Positions 31,640 to 42,193 of a stretch of DNA of 64,000 nt are shown one piece after another. The DNA comes from Candidatus Cloacimonadota bacterium (GTDB lineage: Bacteria > Cloacimonadota > Cloacimonadia > G963667145). The DNA is taken from NCBI GenBank assembly GCA_963676615.1, contig OY781092.1, positions 864,001 to 928,000 of the forward strand. Direction: 5' to 3'. A model generated the notes under the pieces. It did not search any database and was not told the origin of the DNA. It saw only the letters and a list, made by a program, of their open reading frames with translations. Position 1 is the first letter of the stretch; every line of letters begins with the position of its first letter. The position numbers and the translations under genes are program-made.

Positions 31640-31686
31640 GTGTTTTCCCAAGACGCCAAGGCGTGCTTTGGGCTTCCTGCTTTCTT

Positions 31687-31714
31687 CCCTCATTCTCGCG
31701 GAAGCGAGAATCCA
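31687..31714. repeat. REP/dRS3-like palindromic unit (right copy, inverted relative to the left)
   Basis: CCCTC-ATTCTCGC-ggaa-GCGAGAAT-CCA, an 8-bp hairpin. Confidence 0.7.
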
Positions 31715-31766
31715 TCTCCAACACTATTCTGAGAAATGGGACGGTTGGCGGCGGAATTATCAATTT

Positions 31767-34091
31767 TCAATTGTAGCTTATCAATTGCCTACAAGCCTCC
31801 ACCACATCCGAAGCGTCTTTGCAGTAGTGGCAGCCATAACTCTCCGCCAACTCTCTGTTCATCGAAGCTCCCCCAGCTATCACAGGACAATCCAGACCCT
31901 GCTCGTGCAGATATTTTTTCGTCGCTTCCACCTGCCCCACAGTCGTGGTCATCATTGCCGAAAGTCCCAAAACATCTGGGCGATGCTCACGCACTTTTTC
32001 GGCAATCGTCTCTTTGCTCAAATCTTGCCCAATATCGATTACCTCGAAGCCAGCACCTTTCAAAATCGTGCCGATAATCTGCTTGCCAATCGAGTGAATA
32101 TCGCCCTTGACCGTTGCCAACATCAGCTTGCCCTGACCAGTAGATTTTTGCTCATTACCTTCCGTCAGCCGAGAAAAAAGCGGCTCTGCTGTCTGCGAAG
32201 CCAACATCAGCTCTGGCAAATAGATTTTTTTCTGCGCAAAAAGTCGCCCAATCTCTCGCATCGCTTGCGCCAAAACATTCTGCGCGACCTCCAACGCCGA
32301 CATCTGCTGCAAAGCGTCCTCGACCATCTTATCCGCCAAAGCCTCATCTCCGTGGAGCAGCGCCCCCGTCAAATCGTCCCGCGTCTGGCTCTCGCCCGAC
32401 ACAGCTGGCTTCCTGCCTTGCAAATACAACGAGCCGACAATCACATCCTGCAGCTCATTTTTCGCCACCTCCATAATCACCGACGAAAGCCCATTACCCA
32501 CAGCTTGCGCCAAAAAAGCCGACTCAATCGCGCCTCTGCCGGGCATTCCAAAACTGATATTCGAAAGTCCACAAGTCGTCTTCAGCCCTCTTTCGTGCAG
32601 CTTTTTTATCAGCCGCAAACTATTCTCGGGCAAACTTCCCGTGGCGATGCTATTCAAAAGCGGATCGACCAGCACCCTGCCAGAATCTATCCCCCTTTCT
32701 GCCAAAAACTCGACGCCCTGCTCAACAATCTGCAAAGCCTCGTCCACGCTTTTGGGGAACTTCTTATCCATCGCCAGCAGCACCACCATTCCGCCATATC
32801 TCTGCAAAATCGCCGCTTTATTCTCCAGCGACTTTGGCGTCACCCGAATCGAATTCAGCAGCGGACGCCCCACATAATAGCGCGCAGCCACCTCCATATT
32901 TTTGCTCGCCTGCACATCGATCGAAATCGGCAAACTGTTAATTTTGTCCAAAGCCAACATCGCCTCCCGAAAGTGCTCCTTTTGCAAAATTTTCTCGATT
33001 CCCAAATTCACATCCAAAACATCGGCACCCTCGCGAGCTTGGCTCAGCGACAACTTTTTGACCCTCTCAAAATTGAAAGCGGAAATCTCTTTCTGAAAAT
33101 TTTCGTTGCCCGCAGGATTTATCCGCTCTGCAATCTTCAAAAAAGGCTCAACCTCTGCCAAAGAGCAGCGAGAAGTCAACGCTTGCACGACATTTTCGTC
33201 CGTCAGCTTTGGCTTTTTTCCCGCTGTCAGCTGCTTAATCATAGCGATGTGCCGCGCATCCGTGCCGCAACAACCGCCGATAATCGCAACGCCCAAATCC
33301 ACAAAATCGGCAATATAAGGCGCAAAACTTTCCGGACCGTCCAAATAGACCAAATCGTTGCCCTGCAAAACTGGCTCGCCCGCATTCGGTTCAACGCTCA
33401 GCGGCTTATTCGTAAATCTCTTCAGGCGGCGAACATTCTCCACCATCTGCGCAGGACCCGTCGAGCAGTTCAAGCCCACAACATCGACATCCAAATCTTG
33501 CGCCAAAGCAGCAAAAATGTCAGCTTTGCTCCCCGTTGTGCAAACTCCGTCCGCCTCGAAAGTCATCTTTGCCACCAGCGGCAAATCGGGACAAACACTG
33601 CGAATGCCGACCACAGCCGCCTTAAATTCCGCCAAATCCGAAATCGTCTCCAGCACAAAACCGCTCACACCCAAATCCGCCAAAAGCTCAGCCTGCGCCG
33701 CAAAACTTTGCACCACCTGCTCAAAATCCGCATCTCCAATCGGCTGGATATAATCGCCACACGAGCTGAGGTTGCCAAAAAGCAAACAATTTTTCGCACC
33801 AATAGCCTGCCTGCCAATCTGCACCGCCTGCCGATTTATCTGCTCAAAGCTCCCCTGCAAACCCAGCTTTTTCAGCTTCATCGGATTCGCATTAAAACTG
33901 TTAGTCAGCAAAATATCTGCGCCAGCCTGCACATACTTTTTTTGCAAACTCAGCACCACATCTGGCTTGCTCAAATTCAGCTCGTCCGTGCAATGACCGC
34001 CGTATCCGCTCTTAAAAAACTCCGTGCCATACGCTCCATCCAGCGTTAAAACCCTGCTTTTTATCAACTCCGCAAATTCCGCTCTTTTCAT
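31767..34091 (-). CDS. metH: Cobalamin-dependent methionine synthase (Hcy-binding + pterin-binding + B12-binding domains; no reactivation domain)
   Basis: LDGAYGT, GLNC and GGCCGT zinc ligands, ERINP, GLSNISFG, VKGDIHSIGK B12 motif, GLSAMMTTT. Confidence 0.93.
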   Translation of the reverse strand: MKRAEFAELIKSRVLTLDGAYGTEFFKSGYGGHCTDELNLSKPDVVLSLQKKYVQAGADILLTNSFNANPMKLKKLGLQGSFEQINRQAVQIGRQAIGAKNCLLFGNLSSCGDYIQPIGDADFEQVVQSFAAQAELLADLGVSGFVLETISDLAEFKAAVVGIRSVCPDLPLVAKMTFEADGVCTTGSKADIFAALAQDLDVDVVGLNCSTGPAQMVENVRRLKRFTNKPLSVEPNAGEPVLQGNDLVYLDGPESFAPYIADFVDLGVAIIGGCCGTDARHIAMIKQLTAGKKPKLTDENVVQALTSRCSLAEVEPFLKIAERINPAGNENFQKEISAFNFERVKKLSLSQAREGADVLDVNLGIEKILQKEHFREAMLALDKINSLPISIDVQASKNMEVAARYYVGRPLLNSIRVTPKSLENKAAILQRYGGMVVLLAMDKKFPKSVDEALQIVEQGVEFLAERGIDSGRVLVDPLLNSIATGSLPENSLRLIKKLHERGLKTTCGLSNISFGMPGRGAIESAFLAQAVGNGLSSVIMEVAKNELQDVIVGSLYLQGRKPAVSGESQTRDDLTGALLHGDEALADKMVEDALQQMSALEVAQNVLAQAMREIGRLFAQKKIYLPELMLASQTAEPLFSRLTEGNEQKSTGQGKLMLATVKGDIHSIGKQIIGTILKGAGFEVIDIGQDLSKETIAEKVREHRPDVLGLSAMMTTTVGQVEATKKYLHEQGLDCPVIAGGASMNRELAESYGCHYCKDASDVVEACRQLISYN

Positions 34092-34116
34092 ATTTCGCCT
34101 TTTCAAAATTATTCAG

Positions 34117-34659
34117 CTATTCCCAAGCAATCAGCGCCACACAAGACTTTCTGGGCAACATCACGCCCGTTTGCTCATCGGCAACCACCTGCGGCAGCGC
34201 CACAAATTTTCGCATAATTTCCACATTCGCCAAAAGGTCAAGCCCCTTGTAGCCTGGGCTAAAGCGTATGGAGCCACTGCCATAGCAACTCCGCAAAACT
34301 CGATCCCACCAGCGCAGCACCTGCTCCACAGACTGCGACGCCCAAGCGTCCAAAAGAAACCCTTTCAAATCTTTGCCCTGCGCAAAATAGCTGGCAATCT
34401 GCTCGTCAATTTTGCTGCCCAAACTCGCCACAAAATAGCTCACCTGCGAGGGTTTATCAAAACTGCTAGGCAAAATCAAATCGCTATCATACGCCAAAGT
34501 TACCGACTTCAAAATCGGCTCAATCAGCTCAAACCCTTTTGCATAAACCCAAGATTTATAGGCAGTTAAACCACTGGAGACATCCTTTTTATACATCCCC
34601 GCTCTGCCCGCAACGCTCTGCCAATCGGGCAACGCCAAATGCTTTGCGACCTCTGCCAA
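34117..34659 (-). CDS. Stand-alone methionine synthase reactivation (AdoMet-binding) domain
   Basis: FVASLG...LLDAWAS..VE, RFSPGY, MLPRKS motifs; lies directly upstream of the truncated metH. Confidence 0.85.
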   Translation of the reverse strand: MAEVAKHLALPDWQSVAGRAGMYKKDVSSGLTAYKSWVYAKGFELIEPILKSVTLAYDSDLILPSSFDKPSQVSYFVASLGSKIDEQIASYFAQGKDLKGFLLDAWASQSVEQVLRWWDRVLRSCYGSGSIRFSPGYKGLDLLANVEIMRKFVALPQVVADEQTGVMLPRKSCVALIAWE

Positions 34660-34661
34660 AA

Positions 34662-35615
34662 CTAAAAAACACCCTCAAATCTGCTCAGCAAATCTTCGGT
34701 CAATTTGCTGCTGCCCATCGTAAAAAGATGAACGCCTGGCACTCCAAAATCCAAAAGCTGCTCAATCATTTCGGTCATAAATTTCAGCCCAAAATTCCGC
34801 TCCGCCTCTTTGCTGCCAGCCTCCGCCATTCCTTGCACCAATCTGCTTGGCACATCAAAATAAAAAGCTCTGGGCAAAGTGGCGAGCACCTTTTGCGAAC
34901 CTATCGGCTTTAGCCCTGGAATAATCGGCACATCGATACCCATCTGCCGCACAAGCCGCACAAAATTTTTGAATTTTTCTACATCATAAAACATTTGCGT
35001 GATGATATAATCCGCTCCAGCCTCCAGCTTCTTTTGCAAAAAACGCAAATCGCTCTCCATATTCAGCGCCTCAAAATGCTTCTCGGGATACGCCGCAACT
35101 CCCACACAAAAATCACTACTGGTCGGATTTTTCACAGGCGAAAGATACTCCCCAGCGTTCATCGCCATGATCTGAGCCACCATCTGCTCGGCGTGCGCAA
35201 AGCCGTCCTCTTTTGGCGTAAAAGCTCTGGCGCCCATCTGCGGATCACCACGAATAACATAAAGATTATCGATTTCCAAAAAGTTCAAATCGATCAGCAA
35301 ATCTTCCAGCTCAAACTTGTCGATGCCCCCGCAAATCAGATGCGGAACGGCGTCAACGCCCAATTTTTGCTGAATCGCAGCCGACAGCCCAAAAGTCCCC
35401 GTCCGCCGATTTGTCGCCTCTTTGGCAACGCCCGAAGCGGTCTGCACCAGCTTATACGCCCGCTCGTGGTTGGTCACATTCACAAACTGATAATTAAACT
35501 TCCGCAACCTCTCCAGCGGCGCCAACACCTTCTGCAGCCCGCAACCACGCACTGGCGGCAATACCTCCAGCGACAACAGCGGTTTTTCTCGCTTCAAAGC
35601 CTCTACAACTTTCAT
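34662..35615 (-). CDS. metF: 5,10-methylenetetrahydrofolate reductase
   Basis: SLEVLPP, VPHLIC, IRGD, AAYPEKH, AGADYIITQMFY, HLFTM. Confidence 0.95.
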   Translation of the reverse strand: MKVVEALKREKPLLSLEVLPPVRGCGLQKVLAPLERLRKFNYQFVNVTNHERAYKLVQTASGVAKEATNRRTGTFGLSAAIQQKLGVDAVPHLICGGIDKFELEDLLIDLNFLEIDNLYVIRGDPQMGARAFTPKEDGFAHAEQMVAQIMAMNAGEYLSPVKNPTSSDFCVGVAAYPEKHFEALNMESDLRFLQKKLEAGADYIITQMFYDVEKFKNFVRLVRQMGIDVPIIPGLKPIGSQKVLATLPRAFYFDVPSRLVQGMAEAGSKEAERNFGLKFMTEMIEQLLDFGVPGVHLFTMGSSKLTEDLLSRFEGVF

Positions 35616-35642
35616 CTCACCTTCTTAAATTTTTATATCGTT

Positions 35643-36362
35643 TCAACAAAATTTCACTTCAAAATCGGATTTAATCGCATAATTCCCGTCGATGCACGCA
35701 ATAAACCCCAGCACCCTCGGATCCAAGCCCTGCAACACCTCTTCCAAATCGGCACACGAGCTAAGGCGATTCGCATAAGCGGTGGCAAAACAGTCCGCCA
35801 AAACGGGATTTTCTGCCACGACGCAAACTCTGTCGGCTCGCCCCTTGCTGAAACTCGGTCCGAACTTCCCCGACGAAGTTGCCACACCCATTGGCAAGCT
35901 GTCGATAGTTAGACACAAGTCGCTATCTCGCTCGTTCCCAGGCAGATACACACGCATCGGCTGCTGACCAACCAGATACAAATCTCCGCCGTTTTCCACC
36001 AAAATCTCCGAAAACGAAAACCGCTCCAGCAGGCACTTTCCGACCTCTTTGGCAAAAAATCCAGCCACTCCAGCAAGAGGTCCTACGCCCGCTTGCGTTC
36101 CGCACCACTTCAGCTCTTGCACGCCCAAACTATCGCCAGATTTCGCCTCCACAGGCAAAAGCGAGCGCAAACTATCAAAATCGGCGTAACCCTCAAAATC
36201 GCGCCAAAGCTCCTTAATTTTCGCCAGCATCACCCGCTGAACTTCCTGCAAAGACGCCTGTCCACGAAAATACACCTGCAAATCGCTCTGCTTGTAACAA
36301 GCCTGCACACTCTGGCGACTTCCCGCTCCTAACTTCCGATAAATCCGCAGGTTATCGTTCAT
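35643..36362 (-). CDS. UPF0280 family ApbE-like protein
   Basis: QSDL, GVGPLAGVAG, VENGGDLY, GVATSSGKFGPSFSKGRAD, LADCFATAYAN. Confidence 0.88.
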   Translation of the reverse strand: MNDNLRIYRKLGAGSRQSVQACYKQSDLQVYFRGQASLQEVQRVMLAKIKELWRDFEGYADFDSLRSLLPVEAKSGDSLGVQELKWCGTQAGVGPLAGVAGFFAKEVGKCLLERFSFSEILVENGGDLYLVGQQPMRVYLPGNERDSDLCLTIDSLPMGVATSSGKFGPSFSKGRADRVCVVAENPVLADCFATAYANRLSSCADLEEVLQGLDPRVLGFIACIDGNYAIKSDFEVKFC

Positions 36363-37515
36363 CTTTCTCGCGCAAAATCAGCGGTTTTTGCACAACTTTA
36401 TCCTCAAAAAATTCCACCGGTTCACTAATCTGAAAAACGCCCTCGGTCAGATTTTTCTTCAAAAGTTCGGCAATCTCCTGCGCTTTGCTCAGGTTGGAAA
36501 AAGTGAAACTCTTCACCCGCTTTCCGCTCACCTCGATCTCGCCGCTAAAAAGTTCCGCATAATTTGTTTTGCACAAAATCGGATGTCCCATCACAGAATA
36601 ATCTCGCACATAAGTGTCTATCTGCTCGTTAGTTATGCTCACATTCGCCGCAATATTTTCGTCGAGCACAGGAATCGGAATGCCGACTCCGATAAACAGG
36701 CTGACCCCGTATTTTTGCAAAATCAGCGGCTTAACAAACCTCGCATCCATCTTTTTCATATCGCCAATCAGCGCCAAATTCGCCGACTGCACCATCGGGA
36801 TGCCGTGCTCGTTCTCCTCTCGCTGATTATCATACTGCGTCCCCTGCCAGCTGACATAGCCTCTGGCGCCTGCCAAAAAAACTCGTGAGCCAACACCAAT
36901 CGTCCGCATCTTCGGGTCGTTCAATAGCGGACTCAGCTCGCCAGCGCTGGAATAACTGGCGTTCCCCAGCTCGGCGTTCAACTTGCCCATATAGGTGTAA
37001 ATGTCTTTGCTGGTTGTATTTACCGCCACGGGATAGTTCTGATAAGCGTTTCGCGGATTGTAAAGATACGCCTGATTTATATCCTCCAGCTTGAAATAGG
37101 TCTTCACTTCTTTGCGTGGATAGCAGTCCGTTCCCTTACCTTGCGCCTCAAGGCAAACGCTCTTGCCAGCTATCAAATCACAAATAACATGCGCGCCGCC
37201 ATAGCCAGGATTGTTCGGATTCTCAGCAGCCGCTCCCAAATATGTGTCCGCAGCCGCCAAACCGCCGTGCGCAGGCACTCCGTTGAGATAAATCTTCTCC
37301 ATCCGTATCGGCAAATCCAAATTCCCAAAATTCAAAAAACAACCCGAAGAACACATCGGCGCAAAAGTCGCCGTGGTCACCACATCCACCTCTTTGCTAA
37401 TCTCCGCTTTCGACTTCGTCTTGCCCAGTCGCGACGCCTCTTGAGCGGTTATCACGACAGCCTTTCCTTCCGCCAATCTCCGTTTAATCTCGCTAACACT
37501 TTTCATTTTCAACAT
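36352..37515 (-). CDS. DUF39 homocysteine biosynthesis enzyme (aspartate-semialdehyde sulfurtransferase family), no CBS domains
   Basis: VDVVTTATFAPMCSSG, GLAAADTYLGA, YGGAHVI, GTDCYPR, PRNAYQNY, YTYMG, GELSPLLNDP, GVGIPIP. Confidence 0.92.
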   Translation of the reverse strand: MLKMKSVSEIKRRLAEGKAVVITAQEASRLGKTKSKAEISKEVDVVTTATFAPMCSSGCFLNFGNLDLPIRMEKIYLNGVPAHGGLAAADTYLGAAAENPNNPGYGGAHVICDLIAGKSVCLEAQGKGTDCYPRKEVKTYFKLEDINQAYLYNPRNAYQNYPVAVNTTSKDIYTYMGKLNAELGNASYSSAGELSPLLNDPKMRTIGVGSRVFLAGARGYVSWQGTQYDNQREENEHGIPMVQSANLALIGDMKKMDARFVKPLILQKYGVSLFIGVGIPIPVLDENIAANVSITNEQIDTYVRDYSVMGHPILCKTNYAELFSGEIEVSGKRVKSFTFSNLSKAQEIAELLKKNLTEGVFQISEPVEFFEDKVVQKPLILREKDER

Positions 37516-37538
37516 CCTATAAATTTAATCTTACCCAC

Positions 37539-37575
37539 AAAAAAAGAGTCCTCAGTTTTGCCCGACGACTCTTTT
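37539..37575 (-). terminator. Intrinsic terminator (attenuator helix 3:4) 23 nt upstream of the met operon
   Basis: Minus strand AAAAGAGTC-G-TCGG gcaaaa CTGA-G-GACTC TTTTTTT. Confidence 0.88.
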
Positions 37576-37616
37576 CTCTTTAAAAAAAATTTTATCTAAT
37601 GAGGTCAACTCCTTAG

Positions 37617-37709
37617 TTAAAAACGCCATCGAACAACGCTCGGCATGCACATCATACCAGACATTCGCATCATATTTCCGCCAGCAACTTGCTCGATTCT
37701 GTTTTTCAA
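37617..37709 (-). CDS. Met-rich leader peptide (putative met attenuator peptide)
   Basis: TTG at 37709 (GAGG 10 nt upstream) gives MKNRIEQVAGGNMMRMSGMMCMPSVVRWRF*; alternative start ATG 37673 gives 18 aa. Six ATG codons within 10 codons. Confidence 0.82.
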   Translation of the reverse strand: MKNRIEQVAGGNMMRMSGMMCMPSVVRWRF

Positions 37710-37810
37710 TTATCTAAAACCTCAACTTCCTAAATCTCTTATGCACCACTTGCCAACTTCGCAAATTTATGTCAAATATTTTTTTGCAATAATTCACAAA
37801 AATAGCCAAA

Positions 37811-39760
<1,950 letters not shown>

Positions 39761-40783
39761 TTACAATCGAGAATCGAAATAAGCGTCCAACTCTTTTTTG
39801 ATGCTCTTGCCCAAAAATTTCCGCATCTGATAATACGAAACCTGCTTTGCCCTCTGCGCGCTGAGTCCGCCGTCTCTGCCAACTTTATCGATGCTAAAAA
39901 TCACTTTGTTCTCATCTGTCCGAACGATTTTGACACTCAAATTCCAGCGATAAAATTTGACGCTTTTACTCAAATCCTCTTCCTCAAAAACGATTTTGCC
40001 CTTCACCTGCAAAAGCGGTTTTTTTGTCCCAGTAAAATCGAGATTGGACATAATTCGCTCGATAATATTTTTCACCTCGTCCTGTTTATCATCCGTAATC
40101 TGCACCGCATAAGTTATCTTTTTGCCCAATTTTCTCACTTGACTCGAAAGTTTAGAGTACGAGTAAGTTATCAAACTCATCTGAGCGTCTTTCGGGCTGA
40201 TCACCTGCAACTGATCTAGCAAATCCCGATTGAGCTTCGCATACGCCAAAGCCGCACGATAGCAACTATATTGCGTGATAATATCTTTGCTTTTTTTCGC
40301 CTCGTCAACAAAACTCGTCAAATTGTCCTCGTTATCCGAAATTCGCTGCTCATAAATTTTGCCCGTTTCGTCTCTATCAATAAAAGCCAAAGTGTAAACT
40401 TTGCCGTCGCCATCCACATATTTTCCTGCAAATTTAATGTTCACCAAAGACTGGTTCGAGCTAACCTCAACCGACTTATTTTGCTGCGTGCTTTCCGATT
40501 GCGACAACCCCTTGCTGTCCAAAATTTCAGAATACTTTTGAACAGTGCTACTAACCGCCGAAATATCCGACCTAAATATTTGAGAAATATTGCCCTTAGC
40601 CACTCTTTTGGCGTCCTCATAAGTGTCACCGCTGCCCAAAGCAGAAAGATACTCCGCTTGTGGATAAGCTTTATTTTTGTCCTCCATCCACAAAGGCTTA
40701 TCGCCGCTAGATCCGCCAAACTTGCCACCAGTAGCACACCCAGCAAAAACCAAAATTGCCAAACAAACATTAAAAATTCTCAT
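39761..40783 (-). CDS. LPP20-family lipoprotein
   Basis: Lipobox FAGC, KPLWM...YLSALGSG..YEDAKRVA..NISQIF; typical neighbour of LpoB/COG3014 genes. Confidence 0.7.
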   Translation of the reverse strand: MRIFNVCLAILVFAGCATGGKFGGSSGDKPLWMEDKNKAYPQAEYLSALGSGDTYEDAKRVAKGNISQIFRSDISAVSSTVQKYSEILDSKGLSQSESTQQNKSVEVSSNQSLVNIKFAGKYVDGDGKVYTLAFIDRDETGKIYEQRISDNEDNLTSFVDEAKKSKDIITQYSCYRAALAYAKLNRDLLDQLQVISPKDAQMSLITYSYSKLSSQVRKLGKKITYAVQITDDKQDEVKNIIERIMSNLDFTGTKKPLLQVKGKIVFEEEDLSKSVKFYRWNLSVKIVRTDENKVIFSIDKVGRDGGLSAQRAKQVSYYQMRKFLGKSIKKELDAYFDSRL

Positions 40784-40801
40784 CTTTATTTTCTCCCTTT
40801 T

Positions 40802-42193
40802 CTATTTTACACAATACGATTGATAAAAATTCAGCAAGCCGTAGCCAACTTTCCTCTTCCCTAAATCGTCTTTTTTCAACAACTTACCGTTTTCGCCATA
40901 ATAGTTTACGCTCCAGCAATACTCCCCTGGAGCAAGATAGACATCCGTGATGTAACCTTTGGACGGCAAATATCTGGCAGCGCGCAAATCGGCGTTCTCG
41001 GTGGCATTCAAACCCGCATCGAGAGCCAAACCGCCCAGCATCACAAAAATATTGTTCTGCCCATATTTATCTTTAGCGACTTTTTTGGCAGCCTCTCCTG
41101 CGATACCTTTGGCAATCGCTCTGGTGATGCTTTTTATCAACAACCGATTATACCCCAGCTCAAAAACGCTTTGCACCACTTTATCAAAATCTTCCATCAG
41201 CGCCAAATCTGCCCGAGCGACCTGATTTCTTGCAGAATCGACAGCCACTACTTCCACCTTTTTCACCTGCGAGGGTCTGCTCACCAAATACGGCAACTGA
41301 AACTTGAAATTGTAGCCCCCAGCAAGACCTGGATAAGCGTAGGTGTTGACGCCCTGCAAACCGAACTGCCCCTGCTTACCAGTTTTGGAACTCGCCACAA
41401 TCACCACTCCGGGCTGCGTATTGATATACAAAGTTTTCGCCTGCTTGAGCATCCCAAGACCGACAAGGCTCACCAAACTCACAGCCACTTTTCCGCTCTT
41501 TGCTCCATCTAGCTTCGGCTTTGGAAAATCGTAAATCGACTTCTGCAGCGCAAACGCCTTATCTATTTTTTGCATATCGATCGCCGCATCGTCCATCTTG
41601 CCCAGCGATTCATACAGCCGCATACTCAAATATCTGCCCAGCGCATCGTTATAAAACTTGTTGCCCGGCGCCTCTATCTTGATTTTGCTATCGCCGCTTT
41701 TGTTGTAAGCCCTATCCAACTTGGCGTTTTTGTCCTCCAGCACCGACAGCTTGTGGTTCAGCCGATTTATCTCCACAAAAACATCGTCCACCAGCCCCAG
41801 CTTCATATAATTAAACGCCTTTATCAAATTTATGTAAAGATCTTCGTAATCCTCGCCCGCATAATCCAGCGCATTATCGTTCAACAAATACGACAGCGCC
41901 GCCTTGGAAACGCTTTTGGTGTAAAGCTCATCGATATACGCCTCCGCTTTGCTCAGCGCCTGATTGCTCTGCCGATATTTTCCCGCATAATGATAAATCA
42001 TCCCCAAATCCAGATAATACAACACTCGATCCTTTTTGTTGTAGCCCTTTTTGCTCTTCAGCTCCCGTTCTGCCGCATCAAAATCCGCCGACTCAAGGCT
42101 CTTGTCGATATTTGCATAATGCGAAAGATTGGTTGCAGTAGCACCACAACCAATCGTAAAAATTAAAACAAAAACTGCGAAAAATCTTACCAT
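40802..42193 (-). CDS. COG3014-family lipoprotein (TPR-like)
   Basis: Lipobox TIGC, DRVLYYLDLG, LNDNALDYAGEDYE, ENADLR..RYLP. Confidence 0.75.
   Translation of the reverse strand: MVRFFAVFVLIFTIGCGATATNLSHYANIDKSLESADFDAAERELKSKKGYNKKDRVLYYLDLGMIYHYAGKYRQSNQALSKAEAYIDELYTKSVSKAALSYLLNDNALDYAGEDYEDLYINLIKAFNYMKLGLVDDVFVEINRLNHKLSVLEDKNAKLDRAYNKSGDSKIKIEAPGNKFYNDALGRYLSMRLYESLGKMDDAAIDMQKIDKAFALQKSIYDFPKPKLDGAKSGKVAVSLVSLVGLGMLKQAKTLYINTQPGVVIVASSKTGKQGQFGLQGVNTYAYPGLAGGYNFKFQLPYLVSRPSQVKKVEVVAVDSARNQVARADLALMEDFDKVVQSVFELGYNRLLIKSITRAIAKGIAGEAAKKVAKDKYGQNNIFVMLGGLALDAGLNATENADLRAARYLPSKGYITDVYLAPGEYCWSVNYYGENGKLLKKDDLGKRKVGYGLLNFYQSYCVK

Noticed and set aside
37516..37810. SAM riboswitch or T-box upstream of the met operon
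   Set aside because: No SAM-I core (AUC...GAU P1, kink-turn) and no T-box UGGNACC antiterminator bulge could be found; the leader-peptide model explains the helices. An Rfam scan would be decisive.
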